Source of the DNA: Hormiphora californensis
Lineage: Eukaryota; Animalia; Ctenophora
Reading direction: 5' to 3'
Assembly: GCA_020137815.1 (NCBI GenBank)
Contig: CM035358.1
Coordinates: 4,216,001-4,280,000 of the forward strand
DNA length: 64,000 bases
Part shown: one piece after another, positions 63,093-64,000 of the stretch
Layout: each line of letters begins with the position of its first letter
Position numbering within the stretch: position 1 is the first letter of the stretch
Translations under genes and position numbers: made by a program
Notes under the pieces: model-generated
What the model was told of the DNA's origin: nothing
Database searches by the model: none
Seen by the model: only the letters and a program-made list of their open reading frames with translations

Positions 63093-63246
63093 CTGTGGAT
63101 ATCCTGATATTACTATAAATATATTGTGGAGTGTGTGTCCCCCTCTCTTCTTCTTCTGTATCTGTGTGTGGAGAAATTGTCTGTGTGTGTTTGTTGCGTT
63201 CCCCTCCCAAGCTATTATATACTACAGCAGTTGTGGTAAAATGGAA

Positions 63247-63279
<33 letters not shown>

Positions 63280-63690
63280 AGGATGAATTGTGTGTTTGTG
63301 CAATACAATATATTATGGACAAATGTGTTGTTTTTTTCTGAGACGCAGCAATATGATATGTATTATTCCGCACAATACCTAACAAGTTGACCTTGAGAGA
63401 AAATGAAGAAGTACAACGTGTGTCCTGAGCAGTGTATGATACCTAAAACTATATGTTCTCAAATTCATAAGTATCATACGGATAGATAGAGAGAGAGAGA
63501 GAGACCGGCATGATAATGTATCCCGCTTAGTATAAATACATTTAAATGGAAATTTGCATCATTATATATATAATACACGACGAGAAAGAGTAATATGGGG
63601 TTATATTATACAATTATATAGACACGCGCTTTGTGTGTACCTTTCTTGTTTGTATGTTGTGTATACCTTATGTTATTTGCTAGAGAGAGA

Positions 63691-63740
<50 letters not shown>

Positions 63741-63917
63741 GAGAGAGAGAGAGAGATGAAAAGAGCATTACAATTTTATTGACATTCATTGATATGGTGT
63801 ATGCGTAGACAGAGCGAAAACAGAAAACTGGCATTAGGGAGAGAAAACGATGTATTGCTTGAGTGAAATAGAGAGATCAAGACCGAGAGAGATGTTGTTT
63901 TTCATTACCACTATAAC

Positions 63918-64000
63918 TAGGAACCGACCGAATCAGGAAATACTGGTCCCTGATTGGCTGATAACCAGTCACGTGACCTAAATAACGAGTTCTGATTGGT
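63918..64000. mobile_element. hAT-like MITE copy, cut by the window end
   Basis: Matches the family. Confidence 0.85.

Overview
Gene-dense, intron-rich animal genomic DNA with abundant (CT/GA)n microsatellites and many MITE-like elements. The dispersed ~108-bp CAGGAACCGACCGA repeat and the gene compaction suggest a ctenophore such as Pleurobrachia (inference from recall, not verified). Genes reconstructed by hand from GT-AG boundaries and reading frames: a degenerate RluA/RPUSD2-like pseudouridine synthase (+); an FNBP4-like WW gene (-) with a C2H2 zinc-finger ORF in its intron; RPS14 (-); a 15-exon PH-PTB DOK/IRS-like adaptor (+); a co-oriented minus-strand run of hnRNP K-like (4 KH), two cyclophilins, ELP3, intronless UHRF1 and RPS28; an intronless CARD-like/STAND NTPase/TPR-like gene (+); and the PKA catalytic subunit (+). 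Main findings: (1) PKA-C has two frame-locked, apparently mutually exclusive 49-nt exons for the catalytic loop, one altering C-spine residues, plus two alternative myristoylatable first exons. (2) Genes form directional clusters from two similar divergent CpG-rich regions, and downstream genes start at unpaired splice acceptors, suggesting SL-resolved polycistronic units. (3) The zinc-finger ORF can splice in frame to FNBP4, whose next exon is hit by a foldback element. (4) An Apaf-1/NLR-like CARD-STAND-TPR gene is present. Several single-base frameshifts look like assembly indels. Most short ORFs in the supplied track are microsatellite or antisense artefacts.
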